64,000 nt of DNA from a virus. Each line of letters starts with the position of its first letter. Within the stretch, counting starts at the first letter, position 1. The notes under the pieces were generated by a model that ran no database searches, was not told the origin of the DNA, and saw nothing but the letters and a program-made list of their open reading frames with translations. Below are positions 34,176 to 43,561 of this stretch, piece after piece. The stretch covers positions 1 to 64,000 of the IMG/VR virus record IMGVR_UViG_3300019776_000324; one strand, written 5' to 3'. A program made the translations under genes and the position numbers.

Positions 34176-35395
34176 TAAAAGTCTGCTTTATTATATTCAA
34201 TTATGGCTGCAAACTCTGGCTCAGCTAGACTTAAATCTTGATTGCGTTTACGATCTAAATCAGCTATTTTCATTTTGAGTAAAAAGCCATCTAAACTTGC
34301 GCCATTATTCATAAAATCTACAACACGATCAAATTCACCGCGAGCATGATCATTTACTTGAACAGTGGCCAATTTGGCAGCAATTACTTGTTTGGCTGTG
34401 TCGGGCAAGGTACTGATACTAAAATAATAAGCTTCATGCATCATATTCCAATAGACATAATCAAACCCTTGAGCATAAACAAATTCAGCCAGTTCATCCA
34501 AGTAATAAACATTAAACACATTAATGGTGCAACAGAATTGTAATTGTATATTTGTGTGTCTGCTCTTTAATTGTTTAAATCTTTCAATATTAACTTGTAC
34601 TTCGGACCAAACAGCGCCGGATCGTTGATATTCAAAGCGTGAACCAACATCATCAATACTTACAGCTATTTCAACCATTTTAAAATGGCTCCAAATTGAT
34701 TCAGCTTCTTCGGGATATTGTGTGCCATTTGTATTGTAATGAATTTCAATATTGCCAGCAATACCGCGATCAACTAGGCCTCGAAGCATGTCAAAGTGTT
34801 CGCGAATCATAAAAGGCTCGCCACCTGTAAACTCTATATAACGAATTTGATCTACTACTTGATCTATTTCAGTCCAAAAATTAGGATTCTCTCTGGGCCA
34901 TGCACCTTGTCTAAGCATTTGATAATGATGGCTGGACTTCTTTTGTTCGGGTGGCATGAACTGTAGTTCTTCTGTGGCAAATGTACTTGAACTCCATGAG
35001 CCGCAAATACGGCACTTTAAGTTGCAGATATTACCCAGCTTTAGATCCAAGAACATCAGGGGTTTGGCATCTAAGGTCCAGTCAGCTTCGTTGGCCAGCA
35101 TGTGCTTTAAACGGTCTAAGGTATGCATACGCTTGCTGGTACGGCCTGCTCGCTCTTCTCTAAAGCATTTGCGACATGTTTGCGGTTGCTTCTTGTCTAC
35201 AAACTCCTGGCGCAACTTACGCATGCTATGGCTATTTTGTATAGTGCTAAAGCTGGCAGTAGCTAGATTAAACTTCTCTCCGGCATTGTCTACCAGTTCT
35301 TCTTCAGCCAAACAGCAAGGGCGTACTGTGCCAATAGGACTGGCTTCTATACTGACCCAGGGCAATACGCAAAATTTATCGTGTGGTATATTCAT
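34175..35395 (-). CDS. radical SAM enzyme, subfamily 1 (B)
   Basis: CNLKCRICG. FTGGEPFM. N-terminal FCVLPW-x13-PCC. Confidence 0.7.
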   Translation of the reverse strand: MNIPHDKFCVLPWVSIEASPIGTVRPCCLAEEELVDNAGEKFNLATASFSTIQNSHSMRKLRQEFVDKKQPQTCRKCFREERAGRTSKRMHTLDRLKHMLANEADWTLDAKPLMFLDLKLGNICNLKCRICGSWSSSTFATEELQFMPPEQKKSSHHYQMLRQGAWPRENPNFWTEIDQVVDQIRYIEFTGGEPFMIREHFDMLRGLVDRGIAGNIEIHYNTNGTQYPEEAESIWSHFKMVEIAVSIDDVGSRFEYQRSGAVWSEVQVNIERFKQLKSRHTNIQLQFCCTINVFNVYYLDELAEFVYAQGFDYVYWNMMHEAYYFSISTLPDTAKQVIAAKLATVQVNDHARGEFDRVVDFMNNGASLDGFLLKMKIADLDRKRNQDLSLAEPEFAAIIEYNKADF

Positions 35396-36852
35396 TGTGG
35401 CGGTATTAAATTAAGTGTTTGTTTTACTTCTTGCTGTATAGCTTCGGGCAAGTTGTAAAACTCTTCAACAGTGGAAATCGTAGGCCAACCGGGGTCAGCT
35501 ACATCGGCGTAACCTTGTACAAAGGCCTGCTGTTCTGCTTGATACTTACTGCTGTATTTTAAAATTTGTTTGAGCTCTGGAACTACTGCCAGTAAACTTT
35601 CATTACGCACTGCATCCAAGTCCGTGGTTAAATTCCAAAACTTGTCTAGTAAGTGGCTGTTGTCCTGTGCCATCATAAACTCAATTGCGCCTTGGAATCC
35701 GCCCACTGCTCGTTGTATTGTATCAATGGGTCGTAGCCATTCGATATGCTGTTCAAACTCTGCTTTGAATTGGAGTTTTACATCCTCGGGCAACACATCA
35801 ATTCTGTATGCTTCTGGTCCTTGTAGTATGTTCAAGTTAAAGTCTTTGGCTTCAATAAAGCCCGATTCGACCATGTAACGATGGAAGCGAGTAAAGTTCC
35901 AAATATTCATCATGCTTAAGGTAGGACTGATCATAAAGTCTATATGCGGACATTCACGCTTGAGATCTCTAATGTTTTGTTCTACTTTGGCCCAGTCCGT
36001 TCCTGAGCGTATAACTTCTGCTCGATCGCCCATGTCATCCAAGCTGGCAGCCACGCATACATTAGGAAACTGTTTCCATAGCTCTAGTACGCTTTCTTTT
36101 TTAAAGCGCAAATCATTTAGGTTGGTATTGTAAATTAACCGTACATTGGTGTTGCCCTTTTCTATCAGCAACTTTAATATGCGATTATGCTCTTCCATGA
36201 TTAGCGGTTCGCCGCCGGCAAAGTAGATTTGATCTAAATGGGGAATATGCTCTTGCATCTGCTCCCATACATCTTCTTCGTGACGGCCAGCAAACTGTAC
36301 ACGGGGGCGTAGTTCTTTACCCCATAGCTTGACATCATCGTCGTACCAGCGACTGCTAAAGATACTACCGCAACTACGGCATTTGAGCTGACAGATGTTA
36401 CTGAAGCGCACATCCCAGTAGTGTAGCTTAAAGTCTGGTACACTGCCGTCTGCACGGGTTTGATCTATTTCAGCTATGTGTTGCCCAAAGTTCTTGTTTG
36501 AGTTGTTGCGCATACTGGCAAAGCCAAATGATTCCTGCTCGTAGCAATCACCGCATTCTTTACAAGGCAAATCTGCCAGCATGTTTCTACGCATTTGCCG
36601 CATGGGCTCATCGTTCCAGATTTCACGCATGGGCTTTTGTTTAAAGTTGCCCACAGGATGTTCGGCCTTGCCCAAACAGCAAGGATAAGCACGACCATCG
36701 GGCCATGCGTGTAAATGTATCCAAGGTAGCATACAGAAAGTGTCTGACTCCATGAGTCTGTGCTTTTGTTGTTCTGTTAGTTGTTCCAGCTTGATATAAC
36801 TGGGCACACGGTCTTGCCAGTTGTACTTGCCTATAATTTTTTGTTCGCTCAT
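35392..36852 (-). CDS. radical SAM enzyme, subfamily 1 (C)
   Basis: CQLKCRSCG. FAGGEPLI. N-terminal FCMLPW-x13-PCC. Confidence 0.7.
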   Translation of the reverse strand: MSEQKIIGKYNWQDRVPSYIKLEQLTEQQKHRLMESDTFCMLPWIHLHAWPDGRAYPCCLGKAEHPVGNFKQKPMREIWNDEPMRQMRRNMLADLPCKECGDCYEQESFGFASMRNNSNKNFGQHIAEIDQTRADGSVPDFKLHYWDVRFSNICQLKCRSCGSIFSSRWYDDDVKLWGKELRPRVQFAGRHEEDVWEQMQEHIPHLDQIYFAGGEPLIMEEHNRILKLLIEKGNTNVRLIYNTNLNDLRFKKESVLELWKQFPNVCVAASLDDMGDRAEVIRSGTDWAKVEQNIRDLKRECPHIDFMISPTLSMMNIWNFTRFHRYMVESGFIEAKDFNLNILQGPEAYRIDVLPEDVKLQFKAEFEQHIEWLRPIDTIQRAVGGFQGAIEFMMAQDNSHLLDKFWNLTTDLDAVRNESLLAVVPELKQILKYSSKYQAEQQAFVQGYADVADPGWPTISTVEEFYNLPEAIQQEVKQTLNLIPPQ

Positions 36853-38195
36853 AATGTATTGTACCAGTCTGCTAGTTGTGGGAATGTTTTGGTAAAGTTC
36901 TTGCCACGGCGTTGATCGTATTGAGTGTAGAACTGTTTAAAATCATTCAACAACTTGGGCATGTCAAATGCTTCCGAATGCGGAGTTTTAACCACATCCA
37001 AGTAATCAATTAACCGTTGCATGTGATTGATTTCGTGCTCGTGTAACAGTGGACTAGTTCTGTTAAGATCTAACCATGCCTGTAAACTATCTTTGTACTG
37101 TGTTCTCAGTGTGTCTGGAAGCACTAATGCACTTTGAAAACTTGGAAAGCGCAGGATGTTTAGTGTAAAACTAACACGCTCACGCCCATAACAAGTCTTG
37201 AGATGGTTAATAGAATTCAGCAGTTTAGGTAAGGTTTCTAAACATAAGGCGTTGATAGTGGCCATACAATGTACAGCACGAATATCGTCTGAATCCAACA
37301 AGCGTTGTACATTGCGCAACCAAGCTGAATAATCCAGGCCGTCGCGCACATACTCTGCTTGTTCAGCCGTGGCTTCCTGGCTGGTGTATATGTCTACTTC
37401 TAGTCCATCAATGCTTGATAACAAGCGATCTAAGTCTACTTCTGGACCCAGGTTACTGTTAATGGCTAGTCGTGTTTGACTTTTGCCCTTGTTCTCTTTG
37501 AACCAGTCGAGTAGCTTCCAAGTGTCGCCCGACATAAGCGGCTCCCCGCCCGTGATGCGTAACTCTTGGAGTGTTTTATGCAGGTCTGACTCCCACCACT
37601 TAAAGAACGCTTCAACATAGGGATTCGTTTCGCCAAACTTGTATAGTTGACTGCTAGGGTGATCATGAGTAAAGTGGTTACGCCCATCAGACACCAAGGA
37701 CTCATAGGGACCGTTGGATCGTATGTCTTTAACCCATGTGCTACTGAAAGCAGGGTTACAATAGCTACAAGCGAATTGGCAAGTGCGATCGAATGCGATT
37801 TCAAGTGTGCGAAGATTGACATCTTCTTGGTGTGGTTTTGTGTATGCTTCATCTAGGGCCTCTATAGGGTAAATTTTACTTTTGTACACACGATCGCTAA
37901 TAGCATCGCGACCCATGTCTTCAATCTTCCAGCAGTATTCACAGCCTCTAGGACGCTGGCCGATCTGCATGTTTAGTCGATCTATCTTCTTTTCCACTGT
38001 GTTGTGTATAGCACTGGGATTGGTTTTGATCAATTCCTCATCAATTTTGTGTGCTGGAGGATGATGACAACTTGTAGTCTGTCCTGATCCTAGCCATATA
38101 GTAGCGTTGTACCATTTGGCAGCGCAGAAGCTGGCACTTTTTGTGTCCAGCACTTGTTGTTTAAATTCCAAATCGTTCATGTATGTATTGTTCAA
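36849..38195 (-). CDS. radical SAM enzyme, subfamily 2 (D)
   Basis: CQFACSYCNPAFSSTW. ITGGEPLM. N-terminal FCAAKW-x14-SCHHPP. Confidence 0.7.
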   Translation of the reverse strand: MNNTYMNDLEFKQQVLDTKSASFCAAKWYNATIWLGSGQTTSCHHPPAHKIDEELIKTNPSAIHNTVEKKIDRLNMQIGQRPRGCEYCWKIEDMGRDAISDRVYKSKIYPIEALDEAYTKPHQEDVNLRTLEIAFDRTCQFACSYCNPAFSSTWVKDIRSNGPYESLVSDGRNHFTHDHPSSQLYKFGETNPYVEAFFKWWESDLHKTLQELRITGGEPLMSGDTWKLLDWFKENKGKSQTRLAINSNLGPEVDLDRLLSSIDGLEVDIYTSQEATAEQAEYVRDGLDYSAWLRNVQRLLDSDDIRAVHCMATINALCLETLPKLLNSINHLKTCYGRERVSFTLNILRFPSFQSALVLPDTLRTQYKDSLQAWLDLNRTSPLLHEHEINHMQRLIDYLDVVKTPHSEAFDMPKLLNDFKQFYTQYDQRRGKNFTKTFPQLADWYNTL

Positions 38196-39300
38196 AGTGT
38201 TTGGGGAATTCTTGGCGAATGCTAGGGCGAAGTTCTAGCATCAATTGTTGATTGTATTTACATGTTTCGTCTGCGGCAGTTATAAAAGCTGGCAAGTCCT
38301 GCCGACAAAGGTCCTCTACTACTTGCGCTATTCGCTCAAGTCTAGTTTGATTATCCTCAATAAGATCAAAACTTTCATCAATCAAGTGTCCAAATGTGCG
38401 AAATCCTAGGTTGTGTAAGTCTCGATAGTAGCCATAGTTACTAGCCACAATAAATGGGTGACCCATAGCCACTGGTTTCCATATCTTTTCTGTTCTAAAA
38501 GAATGCGGATAGGTAAACACTGTTTCAGTAACTAGACTAAAGTAAGTGTCAAGGTACGGCAAGGGTGCTAGATATATTTCGCCCCACTCTCGTTTGAACA
38601 AATGATTTTTAGCATAGAATCCATCTGTTGAATCTTTAGCTGGTACTGCTACTGCTTGGGATTGATATCTATCAACTTCGTATTTTGGAGGCAAATAGTG
38701 TATGGGATTCTCTGTCAGTTTAATATCTAGTAGTTCGGTGTTGCCCACAACATCATCCAAGTTTGTCCAAAGGCATTGATCAATCAAACCAGACTCTTTA
38801 AAACTATCTAATAGATATTTTCTATGAGCACGGAATCTACCATTTAAAAACAAAAACTTATATGGACGGTCTGTGCTTTTCTTTTCTTGGTACTCAGCAA
38901 TTGCCTGTATATTTTCTTCGTAGTCGTGTACTAATGTTAGAAAATGTTCATGATACAAGTGCGGTATTTCTGTGGGCAGGTGCCCGCCAACAATAAGTCC
39001 TACAGGAAGATTATGGGTCAACATGTATTCAATACCAAAAGTACGATACATCCATAACATACTGTAAGATCCTTCAGCAGGGTTACATAGTATTGCAGTT
39101 ATGGTATTGCTTGAAACTAATTCTTGTATGCGGTTTTTATGCTCAGCAAACTGTTGCCGACCAAATATGTATATTGCACCTGGAATGATTTTGCACTCAT
39201 TTAAATCCCAAAACTCTTCGTCTGCATAGGGTTTAAGTAGATTTTGTATTTCACAAAAGCTGTTTAATACTACTTTACGATTGCCGAGCATAGTACTCAC
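38161..39300 (-). CDS. fucosyltransferase-like glycosyltransferase, paralog 3
   Basis: RTEKIWKPVAMGHPFIVASNYG...GFRTFGHLIDESFD. Confidence 0.45.
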   Translation of the reverse strand: MSTMLGNRKVVLNSFCEIQNLLKPYADEEFWDLNECKIIPGAIYIFGRQQFAEHKNRIQELVSSNTITAILCNPAEGSYSMLWMYRTFGIEYMLTHNLPVGLIVGGHLPTEIPHLYHEHFLTLVHDYEENIQAIAEYQEKKSTDRPYKFLFLNGRFRAHRKYLLDSFKESGLIDQCLWTNLDDVVGNTELLDIKLTENPIHYLPPKYEVDRYQSQAVAVPAKDSTDGFYAKNHLFKREWGEIYLAPLPYLDTYFSLVTETVFTYPHSFRTEKIWKPVAMGHPFIVASNYGYYRDLHNLGFRTFGHLIDESFDLIEDNQTRLERIAQVVEDLCRQDLPAFITAADETCKYNQQLMLELRPSIRQEFPKHFEQYIHERFGI

Positions 39301-40687
39301 ACTCCTTCCACCATGCTGACATTTCTGGAAATACAGTTAAAAAGTCTGTGCCGTGGCGACGGTCTGCTTCGCTGAAGAACTTAAAGAAGTCTGCTTTACA
39401 TTGATTAATGTATGCAGGATCTAGCTTTTGTCCGTCGCGCATCCACGCAATATCTCTATCCAATCTAGCAATCTCATAGTCCTTGAATCCTTGAAAGCGT
39501 GTGGCGTCTGTTTCAATTTGACGGATCATCCAGGCCCACAAGTGTTCTAGTTGCTCTACATAGCTTTCTGGAAGTATTTGTAAACTTTGCCAGGCAGGTT
39601 GTCTAAGCACAGGAGTATCAAACCATACACGCTGATAAGTTTTACTGTATATTTTTCTTAGACCCAGGATACCAGCAAACAAACTACTTAGGTTAGTCAC
39701 ACTTAGGTTATTCATAGTGACAATAAAAGTTATACTGTTATAACTAGGAACTTCAGTAAGGAATTGATTTACACGATCCCACAACAAATCAAAGTCAAGA
39801 CCGTGTCTGATGTACTCTGCTTGTGGTCCAAAGCTGTCCAAGCTGATGTACTGCATAAAGTGTTCCAAGTTGCCTTCTTGGCATAGTTGTTTACAATAGC
39901 CCAGGTACTTTTGCCAGGTCTTTTCGTCTACACTGAAGTTGCTGGTTACATTTAAGTGTAGATCTGGCTTGGGGTTGGCCAACACATAATCAAACACACG
40001 ATAGGTATTCTTGTCTAGCATGGGCTCGCCACCAGTCATGCGGAAGTGCTGTAGTTCTGGGTACAAGGTAGGCCACCAATCCCAAAACGCATCTACATAA
40101 GGATTATCATGGCTAACAGGGATAGGCTTATTACGACCGGTGAAATGGCTAGGATCGTTATGAGTAGTACTTGTAGGGTATCCGCCGTACTTGTCCACCT
40201 CAGCTTGCCAAGTGCTTGAAAATTGCGGACTGCAATAACTACAAGCCAAGTTACAAACATGATTGAAATTAACTTCCACATAGCTAGGTGTAACATCTTC
40301 ATCTCCGGTTGAATTCATTATACTATCAAAGTCTTTGGCGGCCCATGGTTCACCAGATCGATAGTGGCGGTCGCTTAACTTGTTGTTATCTTCCATAGCC
40401 CAGCAATAAGAGCATTCGCTAGGGCGTTCTTGCTTTAACATAATCTTACGCTGTTCTTTCTTATGCGGAGTATTATGTAGTGCTGACGAATTGTCTGCTA
40501 ATAGGCCAGCATCAATTGGGTGCAGGGGAGGATGATAACAACTGTTGTTGAGTCCGGTAGGCAAGTGTAGGCTAACTTGTTTCCATTTGGCCAAACACAT
40601 GCCGTGACCCAAGCGATCCTTCATCTCTTCTGCTGAGCTTAAGAACTTGCTTTTGTTATCTACTGATTCGTCGCCTTTGTTATTCAT
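39275..40687 (-). CDS. radical SAM enzyme, subfamily 2 (E)
   Basis: CNLACSYCSPQFSSTW. MTGGEPML. N-terminal MCLAKW-x14-SCYHPP. Confidence 0.7.
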   Translation of the reverse strand: MNNKGDESVDNKSKFLSSAEEMKDRLGHGMCLAKWKQVSLHLPTGLNNSCYHPPLHPIDAGLLADNSSALHNTPHKKEQRKIMLKQERPSECSYCWAMEDNNKLSDRHYRSGEPWAAKDFDSIMNSTGDEDVTPSYVEVNFNHVCNLACSYCSPQFSSTWQAEVDKYGGYPTSTTHNDPSHFTGRNKPIPVSHDNPYVDAFWDWWPTLYPELQHFRMTGGEPMLDKNTYRVFDYVLANPKPDLHLNVTSNFSVDEKTWQKYLGYCKQLCQEGNLEHFMQYISLDSFGPQAEYIRHGLDFDLLWDRVNQFLTEVPSYNSITFIVTMNNLSVTNLSSLFAGILGLRKIYSKTYQRVWFDTPVLRQPAWQSLQILPESYVEQLEHLWAWMIRQIETDATRFQGFKDYEIARLDRDIAWMRDGQKLDPAYINQCKADFFKFFSEADRRHGTDFLTVFPEMSAWWKECEYYARQS

Positions 40688-41327
40688 TGTGGAAATGCCC
40701 TTGAGAATATTGCCATGATCCTAGTTGTTCCTGTACATAATCCAAGTTTGAAAACATGTCAGATAAAGGAAAAGCAAATTGATTTTTAAAAATGTTTGTT
40801 TGAGTGTTAAAAGTTAAGTTCTCGTAACACAATACAAAGTCTGGTAAAAAATAATCATCTACCAGTTGTTCTAGTTTAAACTGATCAATATCTTGTTTGG
40901 TTGCTGTGATTTCTTTTTCTTTCACTCTTGTATTATTTGGGGTGTGATTATGCCAGCCGTGTAATCCTGTTGGATCCATAACTCTAAAGTATATCCAACT
41001 TGAAAATTGTTTTACTTTATCCATGCGCTTGATGTTGACAATTATGTTGCGTTGTTTAATTTGATCTACATCGATTGCCAGGGTCATTTTGGGAGTCAAC
41101 TGAACTAGTTGCGCTACTGTAAGTGTTGATGCTGAAGATAACTTGTTGATATCATCCCACGGATTATCACAATATCCTACCTTGCAAATTTCTTCTAAGT
41201 TTTTTGCACCACTGATTGCACAAAGTTCTGCAGATAGGGCATGAGTTCCGGATCGCGGAGCTCCTATAATTAAAATATTTTTCTGCTGTTGTTTAGCACA
41301 ATCAATAATAGTTTGATACATTACCAA
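40680..41327 (-). CDS. sulfotransferase-like P-loop protein
   Basis: LIIGAPRSGTHAL resembles the PAPS 5'-phosphosulfate-binding loop (xPKSGTTW) of sulfotransferases. Confidence 0.4.
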   Translation of the reverse strand: MVMYQTIIDCAKQQQKNILIIGAPRSGTHALSAELCAISGAKNLEEICKVGYCDNPWDDINKLSSASTLTVAQLVQLTPKMTLAIDVDQIKQRNIIVNIKRMDKVKQFSSWIYFRVMDPTGLHGWHNHTPNNTRVKEKEITATKQDIDQFKLEQLVDDYFLPDFVLCYENLTFNTQTNIFKNQFAFPLSDMFSNLDYVQEQLGSWQYSQGHFHNE

Positions 41328-42289
41328 CCTTCTTGGCTTCTAATAACATCCATTTCTCTGATCATAACTCCTTGGTTATGCCAGTTACTGCGATAATGCT
41401 GTTTAAAGAATTTACTTTCCGGCCCTAGTATATTGAGCATTGATAAATCTAATTGTGTAGCAAGATCTTCAGCTACTAGTCCAGCAACCATTTCGGGGTT
41501 TTTATCTTCTATAGTTGACCACAGTTCTTTTAGTGCATCAAAACTTTGTACTTGTTTGTAGTCCCATTCAGGAGTAATCATGGTCATGTAGGTGCCCATT
41601 CTTGCGCCAGCAATGGCCCAGATACCATGGTCAACATCGCGTCCTACATTGTGCCATATAGTTAAATGATCCAAGTTACGATGATGCACACGATTTTTAA
41701 ATTCTTGTAAGCTAGGGCGGGCACCTTTGTTTAGGCACATCTTAACACCTTCGCGGAAGCCAGCTCGCCATGCTTGGAACGCACTGGCATTAGGATATGT
41801 AGTACTGTAGCAATCGTGCATGGCAATGTAGTTAGGATAAAAACAAAACTCCACATCATTCTCTGCTGTGCCGTCTGTATTCTCGTGCGTTTTCATGTTG
41901 TAAACAAAATCCTTAGTCCAACAACTTAGTCCACCATTGCCATACATGAGTCCGTTGATGTGATTGCGAGCTCTCCAACGGAATACACAATCTTCATCGC
42001 GTTCTTGTAGGGTCAGTGTCAAGTTAAAAAACTTATCATCTGGAATGTTGTCGCCGTCAATTAACACAAAGCGATCTGTATTACTAGCATCTGCTGCTGC
42101 TTTATGTGCTGCATCCGATCCTTTAACACCATCTACACGAACAGCCCAAGGTACCATGTTTTTAATTTTAACCCAGGTATCTTCTTTGTTGGGTTCGTCG
42201 TAGCTTAGATAAACACAATCTAAATCTGCAATATCAATTTGTTTCATTTCTTGTTTTGTTCCATTTTGTATGTGGTAGCGAGTTGTCAA
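41321..42289 (-). CDS. hypothetical protein (322 aa), possible DxD-type transferase
   Basis: VLIDGDNIPDD. No firm family match. Confidence 0.4.
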   Translation of the reverse strand: MTTRYHIQNGTKQEMKQIDIADLDCVYLSYDEPNKEDTWVKIKNMVPWAVRVDGVKGSDAAHKAAADASNTDRFVLIDGDNIPDDKFFNLTLTLQERDEDCVFRWRARNHINGLMYGNGGLSCWTKDFVYNMKTHENTDGTAENDVEFCFYPNYIAMHDCYSTTYPNASAFQAWRAGFREGVKMCLNKGARPSLQEFKNRVHHRNLDHLTIWHNVGRDVDHGIWAIAGARMGTYMTMITPEWDYKQVQSFDALKELWSTIEDKNPEMVAGLVAEDLATQLDLSMLNILGPESKFFKQHYRSNWHNQGVMIREMDVIRSQEGW

Positions 42290-42581
42290 CTACAATACAA
42301 ACATCGTACGGGCTACATGCTGTGCCTGCGGTGCTGGGTTGTAGTTTTGTTATAGTTCTAATTGGTTTAATGTGGACCAGTTTATTGTTAATTACTTTGA
42401 CATTAAACGGCGCTAGAACATAAGTTTTTTGATCGACTTCTATATAATTACCTGGCAACTCCTCCATGCTATAGATAATAGGACTTCCGTCGTCATTGTA
42501 ATACAATCTGTAGAATATTGGCTTTGCTTCGGGCATAGCATATAAGATTGACCAGAATTCGTCTGGAGTCATTTCACTCAT
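42234..42581 (-). CDS. hypothetical protein (115 aa)
   Basis: ORF only. Confidence 0.4.
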   Translation of the reverse strand: MSEMTPDEFWSILYAMPEAKPIFYRLYYNDDGSPIIYSMEELPGNYIEVDQKTYVLAPFNVKVINNKLVHIKPIRTITKLQPSTAGTACSPYDVCIVVDNSLPHTKWNKTRNETN

Positions 42582-42843
42582 CGTTGCTCTTGTTATCTGC
42601 TTTAAGTTGTGCGTCAGCTTTACGCTCTTGCATAGTTTTTTCTTTAAATGCCTTGCGTGGATTCATGCAAAAGATACAATTAGGATTACCACAACTAAAC
42701 ACGCTACACTTAAGATACTTGTGTGGTTGTGCTAAAATATGTTTCCATCCATATGCTTTAGCAACCTTCATTTTGTTTTTTACGACGCTTTCCTTTTGAT
42801 GAATGCGCTTGCTGTGTTTCTTTTTATCTTCATCTTTACTCAT
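42574..42843 (-). CDS. small Lys-rich protein with four-Cys cluster (zinc-ribbon-like)
   Basis: KCSVFSCGNPNCIFC (C-x4-C-x4-C-x2-C) in a very basic 89-aa protein. Confidence 0.4.
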   Translation of the reverse strand: MSKDEDKKKHSKRIHQKESVVKNKMKVAKAYGWKHILAQPHKYLKCSVFSCGNPNCIFCMNPRKAFKEKTMQERKADAQLKADNKSNDE

Positions 42844-43561
42844 TTCGCCACTCCTTTATGTGATAGTGTACTAACCCTGACTGTGCCACAGTGTTAATTC
42901 TAAATGGATCGTTTTCCCATACTAGTTCTTTGGTCCAATCATCTCCTTGTATAGGATTGATATGGCGTTTCATATGTACAATCGTTGGTCCTAATCCTGC
43001 TGGCAATGTTACTTGTTCCGGGCCCATAATAACTGCTGCAACGGCATACACTACATCAGTAGTTGGACGCTCGTCTGGAAATTTTAACAGTGTTCGATAG
43101 GATTCCCACTGTTCAAATATATTTTTTACTAGATCGAAAAATTCTCTAGCAGTGTTGCTCAACCGCCAATAGGTAACCGCATTATAAACATCTGGTAAGT
43201 TGTTATTATCAAATATTTTTCTGTAATATCTTGATTCAGCAGGTTGATCATAAAATGTTCTAGCACCTTGACTAACCACAACATCTCTGCGCTCAAACAA
43301 TGTCCACCAGTGATCAATAGGGCTGGCACAGATCATGTCTGCTTCTAATTTAATAGTTTGTCTATACGGACTACACTGAAACATTTGCCAGTCGTTCGCG
43401 TATCCACCCAGATCTCCATATGGCAGTGCATCTTTATTAATAATAGTTATATCGGCTGCGGGATGAAAGTTAAGTATGCTTGCTCGTAATTGCTCAGCAC
43501 ACCTAATGTACTCATCTCCAAAGGCTGGAATAATATAACCGCGTTCAGCAAGGACTGGCAA
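42836..43561 (-). CDS. putative GT-A-like protein, paralog of the 43545..44306 ORF
   Basis: Shares the ...WW[AT][LV]...RR... block with the next ORF. EADMICASP is a DxD-like site. Confidence 0.35.
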   Translation of the reverse strand: MPVLAERGYIIPAFGDEYIRCAEQLRASILNFHPAADITIINKDALPYGDLGGYANDWQMFQCSPYRQTIKLEADMICASPIDHWWTLFERRDVVVSQGARTFYDQPAESRYYRKIFDNNNLPDVYNAVTYWRLSNTAREFFDLVKNIFEQWESYRTLLKFPDERPTTDVVYAVAAVIMGPEQVTLPAGLGPTIVHMKRHINPIQGDDWTKELVWENDPFRINTVAQSGLVHYHIKEWRNE

